Source: Lingula anatina (taxonomy: Eukaryota; Animalia; Brachiopoda). From it: a stretch of DNA of 64,000 nucleotides. Made by a program: the position numbers and the translations under genes. The DNA lies in NCBI GenBank assembly GCA_051362555.1, contig CM120649.1, positions 13,826,001-13,890,000 of the forward strand. Reading direction: 5' to 3'. This document shows positions 23,527 to 38,179 of this stretch, in pieces. Each line of letters begins with the position of its first letter. Within the stretch, counting starts at the first letter, position 1. The notes under the pieces were generated by a model. It was not told the DNA's origin. It worked only from the letters and a program-made list of their open reading frames with translations, and searched no databases.

Positions 23527-26500
23527 AATTAATTTCTAAAATGATTATATTTTATCTTTATTATTATTTTTATTTCATAAAAATTAATACAAAACATTGT
23601 AATCATAGACAAAGACGCCTTTCAAACACCCACACAGTTAAAAAATACAGTTACTGAAAAAAATGATTTTCAAAATTTGACGTCTGTAGACATGTTTTTA
23701 TGTTGCAGGAATTGACACAGCTACAGAGTGAACATGAGTTGAATTATACCACTTTAAAACAGAAGATAATCTCTACAGAGTAAGTATTAATACATATCAA
23801 CTGACAATACTTCATCCAGACTGTTTACCTAAGACTCTCTAGCAACACTAATATTAATTTGAAAAGTATGTTTTTATCAAATTTAAGATACAGAACTCCA
23901 TAAGTGGATAATCTTTCCCCCTAGTGATTGCCCCATACTCTAACATTTTGTAACTATTATTTAGCACTAGTCTCTCTTACTGGTGAACCTTATAAAATTA
24001 CACTTACTAATCTGAATCAGGATTAACATGATCAAGATAAAATTCATAGACAGTGGGAAAGTTAAATCTAAAATAATTATTTTAGTGTTTAATGTTCCAT
24101 TACAGCAACCATTTGCACAGTTCATCTCAGATTGTTTATTGACATTATTTCCTTTTCCAGTTTGCTGATCAAGAAGTTCAGTTCCAAGTGTCAAGATATC
24201 CTTTTTCTGTTATATTTTATTTGATCTTATTATATACAGCACATAATCTTTTAACACTGGTTGTTAAGAATGTGTAAAGAAAGATATTCTCATTGATAGA
24301 TATAATAATTATAAATAACCACAAACTTCATAACTTTGTAGTGTTTAGCTTGGAACAGTTCATGACAGTGCAGTTTTTGGAATAGTTCTACTTGTACAAA
24401 AATATGGTGGCTTTAAGGGAACAGTAGGAACATTTTATCTATTATCTTTGTTCACACGTATTCTTTATTTAGCTACAGTGGCCACAGTCATCCTAAATGA
24501 TCTGAAAAGATAAAGGGAGATGTTTAACTAGATGCAAAGAGTAGTGAGGTGTAGTATGTCAAATCAATATAAGTATAGGATTTTAGAATAGGAAATGATA
24601 GCATGTGGTATACTTTAGTAAAGTCATCTTGAGGGTATTTGAAATTAGTGAATAATTACCATAAATCTGGCACTTCTATATGACCTTGACTCCTGCCGCA
24701 CAATATGAGGCTCAGGGCAGAAAGCTGGAAGAGGTCTCCAAGTTACTGGAGACATATCAAAGGTAGGTATTGGAGGATTTTTTTTTTTTAGGTGGAGGAT
24801 TGAAGACAGGTCCCATAGGTGTGTGCACTTTACAATTTTCATCATCATCATCACTATCATCGCTCTGTTCCATTCTTGTCTTTATGATTTTTGATTGAAG
24901 CTTTGGTGTCTATTATGCAATATATTGATCCATTTACGTTCAGTCAGTAGCCGTGCAGTTGTACAGTCAATAAATCATTTAATTAGAGAGAATGAAATGT
25001 ATTATACCACATTCCATTAGATATACCATGGATCTATACAGATTGAACCATCCCAACATATTCAACTAAAAATCATATCTATAGAAATTTAATGGAATAG
25101 AACCTAACTGTTTGTGGATTTTATGGAGACTGTGAAATATGGAGTATTATGATAATAACTATGTATGATTTAAAACTGTTAGAGGAATTGAACATGGCAA
25201 GTTTGAAAACAAAAATCATTTTATATTATTATATATTTTGGTTTCCAGAGACTGTGGCAGCCTGGAAGCCAGACTGATGACTTCATTACAGGAACTGGAG
25301 CCACTGAAAGAGGTAAGTGGGTTGTGGTATTGTATATTGGGATAATTCAAACTTTTGGAGGTATTATAAAGTGGGTTTTGGCATGGTATTGTGATAACGT
25401 AAACCTTGGAAAGAAGTAAGTGGGTTTTGGTATGGTATATTGTAATAATTCAAACTTTTGGAGGTATTATGAAGTGGGTTTTGGTATGGTATTGTGATAA
25501 AGTAAACCTCCGTTAGAAGTAAGTGGGTTTTGTTTGTCATATTGTTATTAATAATGTAAACCTCTGAAAGTATTAAGTGGGTTTTGGTGTTGTATTGTGG
25601 TAACATAAACCTTGCAAAAAATGAATAATGATTTTGTCGCTGTGATAATATAACTTTCAAACTGTAAAAGATGTAAGTGGATATTGTCGTCCTTACCACG
25701 GGTACATACTGTAATATTAACCACTGAAAGAAGCTAGTGGCTATTGTTATTGTCACTGTAAAGTAATAATGTTAAACAAAAACAAACAAACAAACAAACA
25801 AACAAAAAAAAACAAGTGGATATTGTTACTGTGACTGTGTTATTGTTATCCCCTGAAAGATGTGAGTGAATAATGCCACTGTGATAATGCAGAGTTAATT
25901 ACTAGTACAGCTAAAATATCTCTATAATGTTAGTCCTTAAAGCAAGTATATATATATATATATATAATGAGTTGACATTTTTAAAAAGGCACTCATTTAG
26001 CAATATTTTTTTTTAAATCATTGTAGGCTAGGACACGGCTGGAGAAAAGTAAAGCAAAACTGGAGAAAGAAGTTCAGAATCTGCGAGACAAATTAACAGC
26101 TGCTGAGGTAATACATTGTGAAAGAGTTGATGACAGCAAAATAATTTGATACTGCTCTGTTCATTCTAGTATTTAATATCAAAAGGGCCTATTAACAAGC
26201 AGCTGATGAGTCTTCAGTGAAAAAAAAAACATTGCAGAATCTGATGAAGTAATTCATTAAAAGCTTTTTACAGAAAGGACAAGGCTGGGTTTCAGAATTG
26301 ATGGAAAATTAATGGGTTAAGCATATAGTCTAGTATGTAAAACATTTTTTTCAGGAAATGATGTTTTCTTTGATTTTGAATTTTAATGTAGTTCTCAAAA
26401 ATATTTTATGCCTTTTTAACTCATTTGTAATTTAAACAATTTTTTTATCTGAAGTTACTGAAACACTTAACTTTTCATTGGAAATAAAATATAATCATTA

Positions 26501-29500
26501 TTCTCATTGTCTAGGTTACATGTAGGCAGTTCTCCCAAGCAAACGAAGAGTTGATGAAACAACAGAAAGAGACAGCTGAGGGAGTCCAAAAAAACACCAA
26601 TAAGAAAATCCAGATTTTGGAATCAAGGTAAGCAGATCTAGAGATATGGCATATTGCACAGGTTTTTTACTAAGATATGACAAAGAAAATTTATCCAAGA
26701 ATTCTTGAGCTGTTATATTGAGAGTAACAGTTTCTGGAAAGAGGGGGTGGGGGTGGGGGGTCTTTCTGGCTTTTGCTTTTATCAGGAAGATCTAGAATTA
26801 CATGATGCAAGTGTTTGGTTATTTTATGATGAATTATAGAATTTATTTATTTAAAGTATATGAAAGAAAATGTATTAATTTTTTCTTTAGCATTAAGAAG
26901 AAAGATGAGACCATAAGCAAGGTAAAAGGTATGTAATATGAATTTTTTTATGTGTTTAAAAACTTCACAATATATATTAGGTCATATAAAAGCATTAAAA
27001 GGCACATGAAAGTTTAATAACTATGGGATCTTCATTGTGTCACAGTTTACTGAGGTCCCACAGTGTATTATCCATGATATTAAAGTTGAAGCAAATTGGT
27101 GCCTGCTGTCATTGTACCTTATCTCACGGTATTTTACTGTGTTCATGTATTCTTTCTTTTTAATCTTAGACCCCATTCCCATACCTAGATCAATCCAACA
27201 AGATCGACCCATCTCCACGGGGTTTCTCACTAAATTGCTTGTAGCTTAAGTGGATTATATATCTGGCACACCTACTGAAACTGCTAAACAATAGTTAATT
27301 ACCCCCTAACAGCATCAGTAGGCAGGCCAGACATCAGAGCTTCATAAGCTGAAAGCAATTTGGTGAGAAAGCTCTCGGAGATGGGTAGATCTTGCTAGAT
27401 CGATCTTGGTATGGGAACCAGGTCTTAGTCTCAGAGATTTGGCTGGAACCCCACAGTGCATTTTCATATTGATGCAATACTATATTTGGTAACTGTTGTC
27501 TGTTTATATGAATCAATCACATTTAAATTTTAATACTAGTCATTGATAAAAATATGCATTCCTGAGTGGATTCCATCATGTTTTATGGTTATTGCTGGAG
27601 ATATATATGAGAGAGAGTTGCAGTAGGCAGACTATTCGTGAAAAACTTGTGGGCAATGGTCCTATTATGAGGTTGAGTTATCACAAGGATTTCAGTTTTC
27701 TCTTCACCATTGTGATAGGAATATAAAGTTCATTTTGTCTAAAACTGAAAGTCTGACAATATCATCCCAGTTATTGGCCTATTCCTGATTGTGAGCACAG
27801 CAAATCAAAATGCTATCTCACATTCTCAGTTAAAGCCTTCAGCTTTTTAAACTGTTTCTGCTGTTTAACATGGTGGGTGAGGGTACACGTCAGCCATATT
27901 GCCATACACACGGCTAAAGTGGTGCCAATAATGATGCTTTCTAAAATATAGTCCGGCATGACGAACACTTTCACAACCGCCAGTGCCTCATTTACCAGGT
28001 CTGCTGTCTTACACACATAATCCCCAGAATCTGCAAGTTCGGCGTTGCGAATGATGAGACGGCCATCTTGGAATGTCTGAATATGTGAGGTGTTGTCCCC
28101 TGGTGAGATGAGTGTATCGTTATATCCGTCTGGGTCAAATGGCATGCGCCTGTACCACCTCAAGGTCACATTCTCGGGCCCGTGAAAGTTGCATTTTATG
28201 TGGTAGTCAGCAGTGCCATTTTCTATAGGGTTTTTCCGGGGACATGTCGTCAGGTTCTTGAAATATTCCGGCCAGTCATAATGACACTGTGCAGAGCATG
28301 ATGGGATTGCCGTCATGGCTATCAGTACAAGACCCAGCAAAAGTCTTATTAAAGCTGTGGTCTCCATGGAATTCATCTGAAGTATTGGTTTTATGGTTAG
28401 TTTGAGACACTGGAAAATAGTTGAATGGCTTGATGAGTTAATTAAATCACATAATTGAATAAAATTCTGTTCCTTCTTAATTGGACAAGTAATGCTTCGA
28501 GAAGCACTGTATTGTCAGTGATATGAGCATGCATTAAAGGAGATAATTCAATCATTTACCCATTTAATATTTATTTATTTATTTACTTTTGGAAACAAAA
28601 ATTATCTGTTGACTAATACATTAAAATCCACATGACAAATAAACTTACAGCAATTCATATTTTCATGCATAACTTTGTCAAATATCATTATTTGAACTGT
28701 AACAGTAACTTTTGTTTATACATTTTGTAACCTGTGAGTTTTCATCTTCCATTTCATTGACCAAAGGTTTAATGAAGTAGATATATATATTTTTGTATTT
28801 GTTCTGGTGTGGGAGTGATGTCAGCCCTATATAATACTAGTATATATCTCCTCAGATATTATGGTATGGGAAAAATGGTCATTTACTGAGTACAGACTCT
28901 TTAATCTGATTGGTTTGATATCTGTGGCGTCAACTCTAGATAGAAGACATTCTCACTGTCTGACACTATTTTTACTACTGTGACCCTCCTGCCACCATGG
29001 TAGTAGAAATTAATGGCTCATAGCAGAAACAGACTGGCAAGTAACTGAACACATTTGCAAAATGAATTAAATGTGTCTTGAAAAATTCCCAATCAAAGTA
29101 CTGATGTTCTTGATAGGCATTGAAATATTGGAGGTAAACAACACCTTCAATATAATATTGAGTGAAAAAAAATCAGTTACTGTAAGAGTTACTTATTTTA
29201 AGTTATTCTTTGTATCTGTCTTGGTATGGTCTCAGTGTACTAAATACTTATTATAAACCTTTTTTATTATTTTGAGAAGTTTAGTCACCTGCTAAGGACA
29301 TAAAGTTGTGCCCTGTATTTAGGTCAAGCCCTACAATCATGCACTTGAGTCAAATCCCATTGTTGCTCAAGTAGACAATCATTTCTGCCCCCCCCCCCCC
29401 CCGATGAGGGTGAGTAACAGTCTAGGAAGTGATGATTTAAAGGAACATCCATGCAGATAATGTCTTAAATTTGTTAGGGAGATTGGCGATGTTACTGTTG

Positions 29501-32500
29501 ACTTAATTGAATTTTTAGTGGAATATATAATATGCAGACAAGTGAAATACATAACTATAATAATATAATTTTGTCAGTGTCTGATTTCTGTCTGACACTG
29601 AGAAACACTGGAAGGCAGACCTTCCGTGCACCCAAATATAAACATAAATTGTGACATTGTTTTTATAAAAGTGCATGAGAAGATCACCTCCACGGCTGTA
29701 CAGTGACTCAGCTTACCAAAAAAAAAAAGTTTTATTTAATTACTGTACTAGATAAAGACACTGATGTGTCCAGTCTGTGTTTATATTATCATGTTACTTA
29801 CACAAAGTTGAAACATTTTTGGTGTCTGTGACTCAATTTTATGAAATAATCCACTAATTTAAAATCAGTGCTCTCTAACTCTCTGGTGCACCCAGTGATT
29901 TGTAAGTCACAATACCCACCTCCATCTAGTTTTTTTTTTTTTTTTTTCAATTGGAGTCAGAATTAAGTTCCCCTTAAATCAAAAACTAGCCCCAAGCATA
30001 ACAAGTCCTTACCTGCCCTGCTATATATACATGTATGTGTGCCTGTGCCTTGACATCCACAGACTGTCGCTGCTGTCCTTAGAGATAGATGTTGCTGACA
30101 CTGTACCTGTTACGATATTATCACGTGCTCTAGTTATCAGACCTCTGGCAGTGATAACCAGATTGAACAAGTTTAGGGTCAACTTGAAGCACGTGACAGA
30201 TAATAATGGATTGGGTCAAATATATATGGGATTTCCATCAGGCAGGAATGTTTGTTTTGGTGATTGGTGTTGTGGGTTGAATATATGGGACTTTCATTGA
30301 CCAAGGATAGAGATGGGGGAGTCAGAGTCACGGTTGGGCCAAATAGGTCCTCTCCCTTTATTTTTAGGATTTTATTTATAGTCTAGGATGTAATTATCTT
30401 TGACTGTAAACAGATTGATTAAGAATTATTTTTAGTTAGCGAGCTAGATTTTATATTCGATAGCTTTGGTCAATTATCATGATATGTATTGACTTTATAG
30501 TTATTACAATAAGTGGGTTTTCTTATTTAGTATCTGTTTATATTCCTGTTATAATATTGTAACATTTGATACCTTGATTGACATGGCATTCCATTCACAG
30601 AAAAATGGAAGAAATAAAAAAGCATATGGGTATAAAAATGTTTGATATCATGGATATTTTTTCATCTTAGTCATGATTTAAGGTTGGGTTGAATATATAA
30701 TATATCCATTTTTGAAAATGTGCCAATTTTAAAGTCATGATATTTATTCACTCTGCACATCACTCTGCATATCCTGCATTGAAGCTAGCTGTCTTTCCTA
30801 ATTTAGACTCTGAATATTATAAAACCTCTCAAGTGAAAGTAGCTGTTGTCATTATTTCCTTTTAAAATGTATACGAAGACATGCCAGTGTAAGTTACTGG
30901 CAATCATGTAGAACTTAATCATTTCATTAGAAACAGTATGCAATGAAGAAACCTTGCAAGTGCAGAGACCAGTAAAGCAATGATTAGAGTAGGAGAAAGA
31001 TCAACATAAAATAAAGAATCCAAGTACAAGGAGACATTGAGCAAAGATACAAGAAGGAGGTAGAAAATTTTGTTGATATTAAAAGCTGAATTTGAGTAAA
31101 AATCATGGATGGGATACGTCAAAATGCATTAATTTATATTTTCACTTTTGTTTTCCAGGTGAGAGCAGCAGCCTGAGAAGTGCCCTGGCCAAGGAGAGGA
31201 GTGCTCACAAACGGCTGTCACAGTCCTTTGAGAAAAACAAGGTGAGTGCTGCTATATTGATTTCAGTGAAAATTGTTTGTGCACAAAAATTGGGTGATAT
31301 TCTTTTCCTTCTAATAATGGTAATGTGCTGTATTTATTCCTATTTCATGCATCCCATATGAAGTTAATAAGTTTCCCAGGGAATAAAATTTAATGCAAAA
31401 ATTCAGTGATGATCTATTTTACCACTAAAATTCAGTGATATTCTGTTCTTAATATTGAAAAAATAATGAGCTGCATTTTGATTTGATGGATCTCGTATAA
31501 ACTAATCAATATCCCCAATAATAGAAGAAATATATGATTCTGACAAATTGCCCCTAAGGGAAAGTCTTTGAATATTGATGTCAAGATGATTGAACCTAAT
31601 CTAGGCTCATTACTGTGAAGTGGTACAGTAAATTTGAGTAGAACTGGTGTGTTTTTAGCTAGAAAAAGCTGCTGATGCACACCTTCAAGGCAACTTAGGA
31701 TGCCTTCAAATGATTGATATATATTTTTGCACAGCAGAAGTGTTATTCGAGTGAAGGATGTGTTTGTGTGTGTTTGTTCACATATAAAAGGTTTAGATCA
31801 TAGGATGAGAAAAAAAACTAGCACTTTAAAGTAGATGTTTTGTCAACTCAATGAAGCCCACTTCTAAGGCACTAAAACTCATGGCACAGTTCTGTTACAG
31901 TTCTGTTACAGTGGTAAATACATTACATATAAAGGATTAAACATGGCATTGCCTTTGAGACAAGAATAGTTGATCTCATTAAAAAAAAACATAGAGTAAA
32001 TACCATATAATGGATTCAGCTATATATTGAATACATGCTCAATATATCCCTAAAAGATCAGGAGGTTTTGTATGGGCATTCTTGGTTAAAACTTATTCAA
32101 ATAAATAAAAATATTCTACATACATATGACCACTGACAATTTGTAACAATAATATTTTTAATTTAATTTTGTACTGTGCCAATTATATCCATTATTAATT
32201 GGATTTACTGCTGAAGGACTTAGTCTATCCATGTTGAAGTTGATTGATATTCATTTTGATGGTATTTGTCCCTGAAAGGTCAAGCAGAATTATTCCATTT
32301 AATTTGCAAATTTGATCATGCAGCATAAGGTTTATTATTGTTGTTTGGCCATATTATGAGTCTAATTTTAGAAGTTATTTTCTCTTCGTTCTCATGTACA
32401 ATTTCGCCAAAAAACTGCTTAATATTTTCTATTTAATTTTGTAATTCTTCTAGTGTTTCATAAATAAGCAAATGCAGCCCATTTTTGTTTCAAGCAAGTT

Positions 32501-35500
32501 GCTAAAACATTTATTCACATTGATTAAAATGAAAATTTCAGCAATAAAAAACATACCACCATATTTGTTCTTTATATAAACATTTAACATTCATCTTTCC
32601 TTCTACCAACCCCCCCCCCCCCATTTTCTTCTTTTTTTTTCCTTTCTTTTTGTTTCTTTTTTATTTTATTACCTCATGTATAGAGGACAGTCCATCACCC
32701 CTGTCTTCCCTTGCCACCAAGTATTGTAATGACTCAGATGTTTTCAATGGGTAAAAATTATCAAATTTTCAGATACAGAATTTTATGTCTTAATGTATAG
32801 AAATTATGGCTTAATAAATACAGAATCTGTAAAATTCACAATTTTCTCCCATTGAAAAGATTGTAATTACTATTTTGCTTATTTATATATAACATTTTAC
32901 ATAAATCCTCTTGAAAGCAGCAGTTCTGGTGCATGCAGATAATACATACAAAATGACCTTTAACAGTGATTCCTCTGAAAAAAAGTGCAATTTCAAGCAC
33001 CACTGGTTAGCTTTGATTGAACAAAATTGCACCTTTCTGCCATATTGTATGATATTACAGGTTCTGTATACTTACAAGCATGAAGCTGAACTAAGAGCCT
33101 TGTAATTTATTTATCAGCTGTACAAGAGACATTACTGCTAATGGATATTTACAAGTTTTATTGGTTATGCCTCTGGTTTTTACCTATACCAGTTACTTAT
33201 ATAGGAACTTGTTTCTGTTTGTTGTAAGTATTCCTTTTGTAGGCTATCTAAACTGCTGGGACTTTTTAAGCAGAAATCTTCGAGTATAAATAGCGTGTAT
33301 CAAAGGAATAATTAAATGAAGAAACACTTGTAGCAGCCACTTGAAAGAACCCTAATCTGATTTAGACTTTTTGTCATGAGAAGCTAGAAAAGAGCAAAGG
33401 AATATGTAGAATACACCAGTGAGCCACTTGAGCAAGAAAGCGCATATGATGCTAACAAAAATGAGCACAAGCACCACATCCACCATGTAGTATTCATAAG
33501 CTGACATTTCCATCAAGTTTGAACGCAGGTGCTTGCCTCCAAACTGAATAACTAGTTCTGTCAGCTCTGCGGCCCTCTCAGTGGGCCTGTCATGCCTCGC
33601 TTTGAATATCGTGCCGGCCATCTTGACGTTGTCTTTAAACTTTGGCTCTTTTATCACACGTTTCATGGCAGCAGTGAGATCCTCTGTTTTGAAATGATGG
33701 AGATCAATGGTGATGCTCAGACCTTTGTACTGAGAGCGTGCCGCGTTGTAATGCTGCTCATTGGTGATTGGTAGATTTAACATTGGGACGCCATGATACA
33801 CAGACTCGAACTGCGCATTAGCTCCGCAGTTAGTAACAAAGAGTTTAACATTCGGATGAGCTAGGACGTCATTCAGTGGGAGCCATTTCTCAATCTTGAT
33901 ATTCTTTGGCAAGGGGACCTCTGAGGGTTTCCCACCAAATCCCCACAACACCTTAAGTGGCCTCATATCTTTTAAAGCATTTACCAATTTCTCAGACACC
34001 AGGGGCGGTAGGTAACTGGCAACAGCACCAAACGAAACAATGATTACACCTTCTGTAGAATCATCCAAATACTTCTTAAGGGCTGGCGGGCTGATGGTTC
34101 TGGGCTGTCTTGTAGTAAGACCCCCCACATAGATGGTGTTGGGCATGCTGGGAAGGTGGTAATCTACGAGATAGTCTGTATTGATGAGCCATGCTTGGGA
34201 GTCAATGGCCAGTTTTCGCAGTGTCACAAATGGTTTCATGACGGCGTGTTTGTGGACCAGCGTGTCCTTGAGAGCTGGCGGGTGTGTGAAACTAAGAAGA
34301 ATGTCGTCTAGGGTGTTCGACAGACGTTGCTGAAAGTTCATCTCCTCTGTGTGACTGGTCCAAACATTAGGGACAAAAGATGGCAGCACTGGTAACCCAG
34401 CTACATATGGATCAACAACAGAAGCCAGGGAGACGTAGGGAATATTAAGACGATATGGCAGGATATAAAGAAACCTGGCAGCCATATCTCCCGATACTAT
34501 CGCAAGGTCAAATTTTTGCTTTAAGATGTTGTCGCTGAATGTTTGGTCATTCAGCATGGCTTCACCCTCGTCCACATACAGAGCTGTTAGCTTATCCATA
34601 GTTTTCCACATCTCGTTGGGATTGTAGATGCAGGCAAATGTCAGATGGTTCTGGAATTCCTCCGACTCCCACTTAAGGTGAGGAGCAGACGATGTGTACT
34701 TCATGATGCTCATGCCAGTCTTGTTAAAGCCATCTGGGACTTCTTTAGCTGAGCTAAACACTACAGTCACCTTGTGGCCTCTTTGGGCTAATTCCTGTGC
34801 TACGGATTTAAAGATGGCTAAGTGAGTCTGAGTTTGTAGAGGCAGCATTAGGATGCGTCCTGTCTTGGCCCCATGAATTGTGGGTAATGAGGCACAGAGG
34901 CATCCCAGAATTATGAAGAAAATGTTTTTGTATTCCATTTTAACTTATTTTTGAGTTATTAGAGGACCTGTAAAAAGAAAAGAAAAAAGAGAGTTTGAAA
35001 ATATGATTCAGTTTTTCTTTTATACAAAAATTTAACTGAAATCACATAAATGGTACACTTTTCAGTCAATACATGTATAATGTGAAGAAATATTCATAAA
35101 TAATCTATAGCTGCTACATGTACTGTACTTGTCCTCCAAATAATTTTAAGACATTTTCTTTTATGTAAAAGTCTAATAAAATGCATTCGTAAGTGTATTT
35201 GTTTCACTAAAACAAAAGTAAAATTCTAAACTGTCAGTAAAATCGGGTAACTTCCTTTCAAGACCATATTTTATCACCTAAATCAATGGAACTTTCAATT
35301 GAAAGTTATTGATCAGGATAACACCTGTTTTTTTTTTAACTGGAAATGGTTTTTCTTCACTATTTTTATGTTTAAAGTTCTTTTAAGACACCCTTTCCAC
35401 AAAAGAGAAGTATTATTGCATCCAATTAACATTACTTGAAATTTGCCTTGGAGAAAATGTATAGACATTTATAAGTTACTAGTTCTCTACGGGTATATAT

Positions 35501-35877
35501 TTGATTTTTTAATTGGAGTTTAAATGTTTTTTGGTGTTAAACAATTTTAACTACTTACCCAGTTTCATGCAGTTGTGATTTTTATGCTAGGAAGGAGTTA
35601 TTCTTTTTCCTGGCAGGCTTTCATTTTACATTCTAAAATTAGGTTTTGTCCTTCATTACACAGTAATTTCTCCAGAGAAATGAGCAAAAAAGCTTTTATA
35701 GTTATTAATCCATAATCAACAAAGTCCCTATAGAAGCAAGACTAGTCCAGTTTTCCCCCAGAAAAAGATGAAAAAATTGAGGCACATTTGGAATTCCTTT
35801 CTCTCCAGAAATCAGTTTTCCCCTCAACACATTTGCACATGCACACACTTGTGCTCGTGCGCGTGCACGTGCGCACA

Positions 35878-35908
<31 letters not shown>

Positions 35909-37491
35909 GAGCATACAAACCTCTTTAGGCATCCATTTCACCTAGAGCAGCACCTTCCTTCCTTCCTTAGCTGCTAGAGTGTGCTGTGGTGTACGTTCTC
36001 TCTGTCCCAGACACCTTGGATGCCCTTCAAAACAGAGCAAGGCAGCTTCTTCCCACTGTGGGATGGAAAAAGGCAGTTCTTTAGGCTGTGGTCATGAGTT
36101 AATAGTTTCTAATGGTACAGGGACCCTATATGAAGTCATGGCATGAATTAAAAAAGAATCAGAAAAGATGGAATGTTTGTTCTGGCACAGTTAGCTGTGT
36201 TTAAGCACTAAGGGATTCTATAGATTCCTTTTTTTTTTTTTTTTTTTTTTTTTTTCAAAATCACAATGCTCACTATTCATCCATGTAAAGACTATATTTT
36301 TTCCTCTTTGCCTAATTGTGCACAAAAATGTATGGCTATACTCTGAATTGAGCTCCATCTTTTCTAAGCGAAATGAACAGTTAAATGCAGGTGTTCCGTT
36401 TGCATGTCTGAAGCGGTTAAATACAAAGAATGTGCAGGAGTGGTGATTTCACTACTTCGAATTGATGTAACATTTCATCACCTTTGAGACAGAAAAAAGG
36501 TTGGTCTCAAAGCGATTAGGGGAAGAGAGACACAAAGATATCAGCAAAATATCCCATACAAAGGAGTTTTACTCATTACAGTTGAATGGATTGGGTGTGG
36601 GGAATGATTTTACAAAAAGGCAGCACAGAAGAGAATAAGGTCTGAATGTACACAAGCTGGATACTTAAGCATAAACATAAGTTTTACAAGCTACTTTGTG
36701 GTTTCTCACCTGCCCTCTCGAAATACAGAAGGGGGAAAATAATTGACCTTACTTCATCCTGTGTTTTCCATCAGTTTTTATGTATTTGCAAATATATATT
36801 TTTTTCCCGAAAAATATTAATTGTCTTGCCTTGGCCTTAAGGCACTGAGGGAAAGTGGCAGCTACCAAGTTTGGTTCAACAGAACATTTTTACCTTTGCA
36901 CATTCTGAGAACTAAAAAGGTGAGAGTCAGTGATACATGCCCCATGTGTCAGGGCGGCCTTTTTGGAGAAGGGGAGATAAAATAGACAGGGAGGAAAATG
37001 AGCCTCAAGAGACTGTTTAGCTTATTGGTTAATAGTTTTTAGTCATTTACCAAGTTTGGTGTATTTTTGGTGAGGATTTGGTTTGGATTTGGAATCTGTT
37101 TAGAAGAAGGGCTTCGATACCTTAGAGTCCAGAATTGATGGAAAGGGCATATAACATAATATAATATATTACCAGCCTCTACTGATTTTGGTGTGTTGAT
37201 CTTTTATGTGTGATTGGTCATGACTGCTTCATGGGATTTGTTTTGAATGTATAGAAGTCGTTTTTTAATATAAAATGCTATGCACCCCCCCCTCCCCCCC
37301 AGGCATCAAGTTTTCCTAACTCCTGTATTATAGAAAACATTACATTACACAAGGTTTACTCATAATACAGAGTAAATGCTAATGCCTTTAAATGCCCAGT
37401 GTACTTTATGTGAGCCCTAGTACATTAAGTCAGTGCAGTTCAACATTTCCTTAACCTTTTCATCAAATTATCCAGGCTAGGGTGAACAACC

Positions 37492-37522
<31 letters not shown>

Positions 37523-38142
37523 ACGCAAACAAAAAAAAAATGTGATGAAATATATCATTCCTAGGGGGATGTTTGTATTGCCAACACTCCTAAATGCCAT
37601 TTTGATATGCCATTTACTGTGTTTGTAAATAAACAACTTAATAAAAAATGGGGTTCTGTTGATCATCCCTTTCCAAATAACAGATATTAGCTGTAATATA
37701 TAATTATAGTACCTACCTGTACACCATGGAATTAAAAGCCTAGCTCACATCCAGGTAATTTTGTAAGTACTAGGCTTAAAATAAGTCTCTGTGCTTGCAG
37801 AAATCACATGTGAAGGTGACCTTACTAATAACTTCTAATTACCTAGATACTTCTTAACAAATGAATATTTGTGGATTTCTTATTCATAGTATTCATAAGT
37901 TGTTAATTTGTCAGAATCATGTTTAAAATGAACCGAACATCAGTTCAATTTTCTTATCATCTTCGGGGTGGAGTATCAGTGACAAAAATGTGGTCTACTT
38001 TTATGATTATTTGGATAACTCAAGTTACTGTTGGTCTAAAATAATTGTCATTTCTTTCATTTGTATAGAATAGAAACATTATTTCTAATACCTAGGTAGG
38101 CTAAAATGTTCAAGTCAAGAACAACATGTGGTTTAAAGTGTC

Positions 38143-38179
<37 letters not shown>

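Noticed and set aside
25313-25880. CRISPR-like appearance of the repeats
   Set aside because: Eukaryotic intron; degenerate tandem units without unique spacers and no cas genes.
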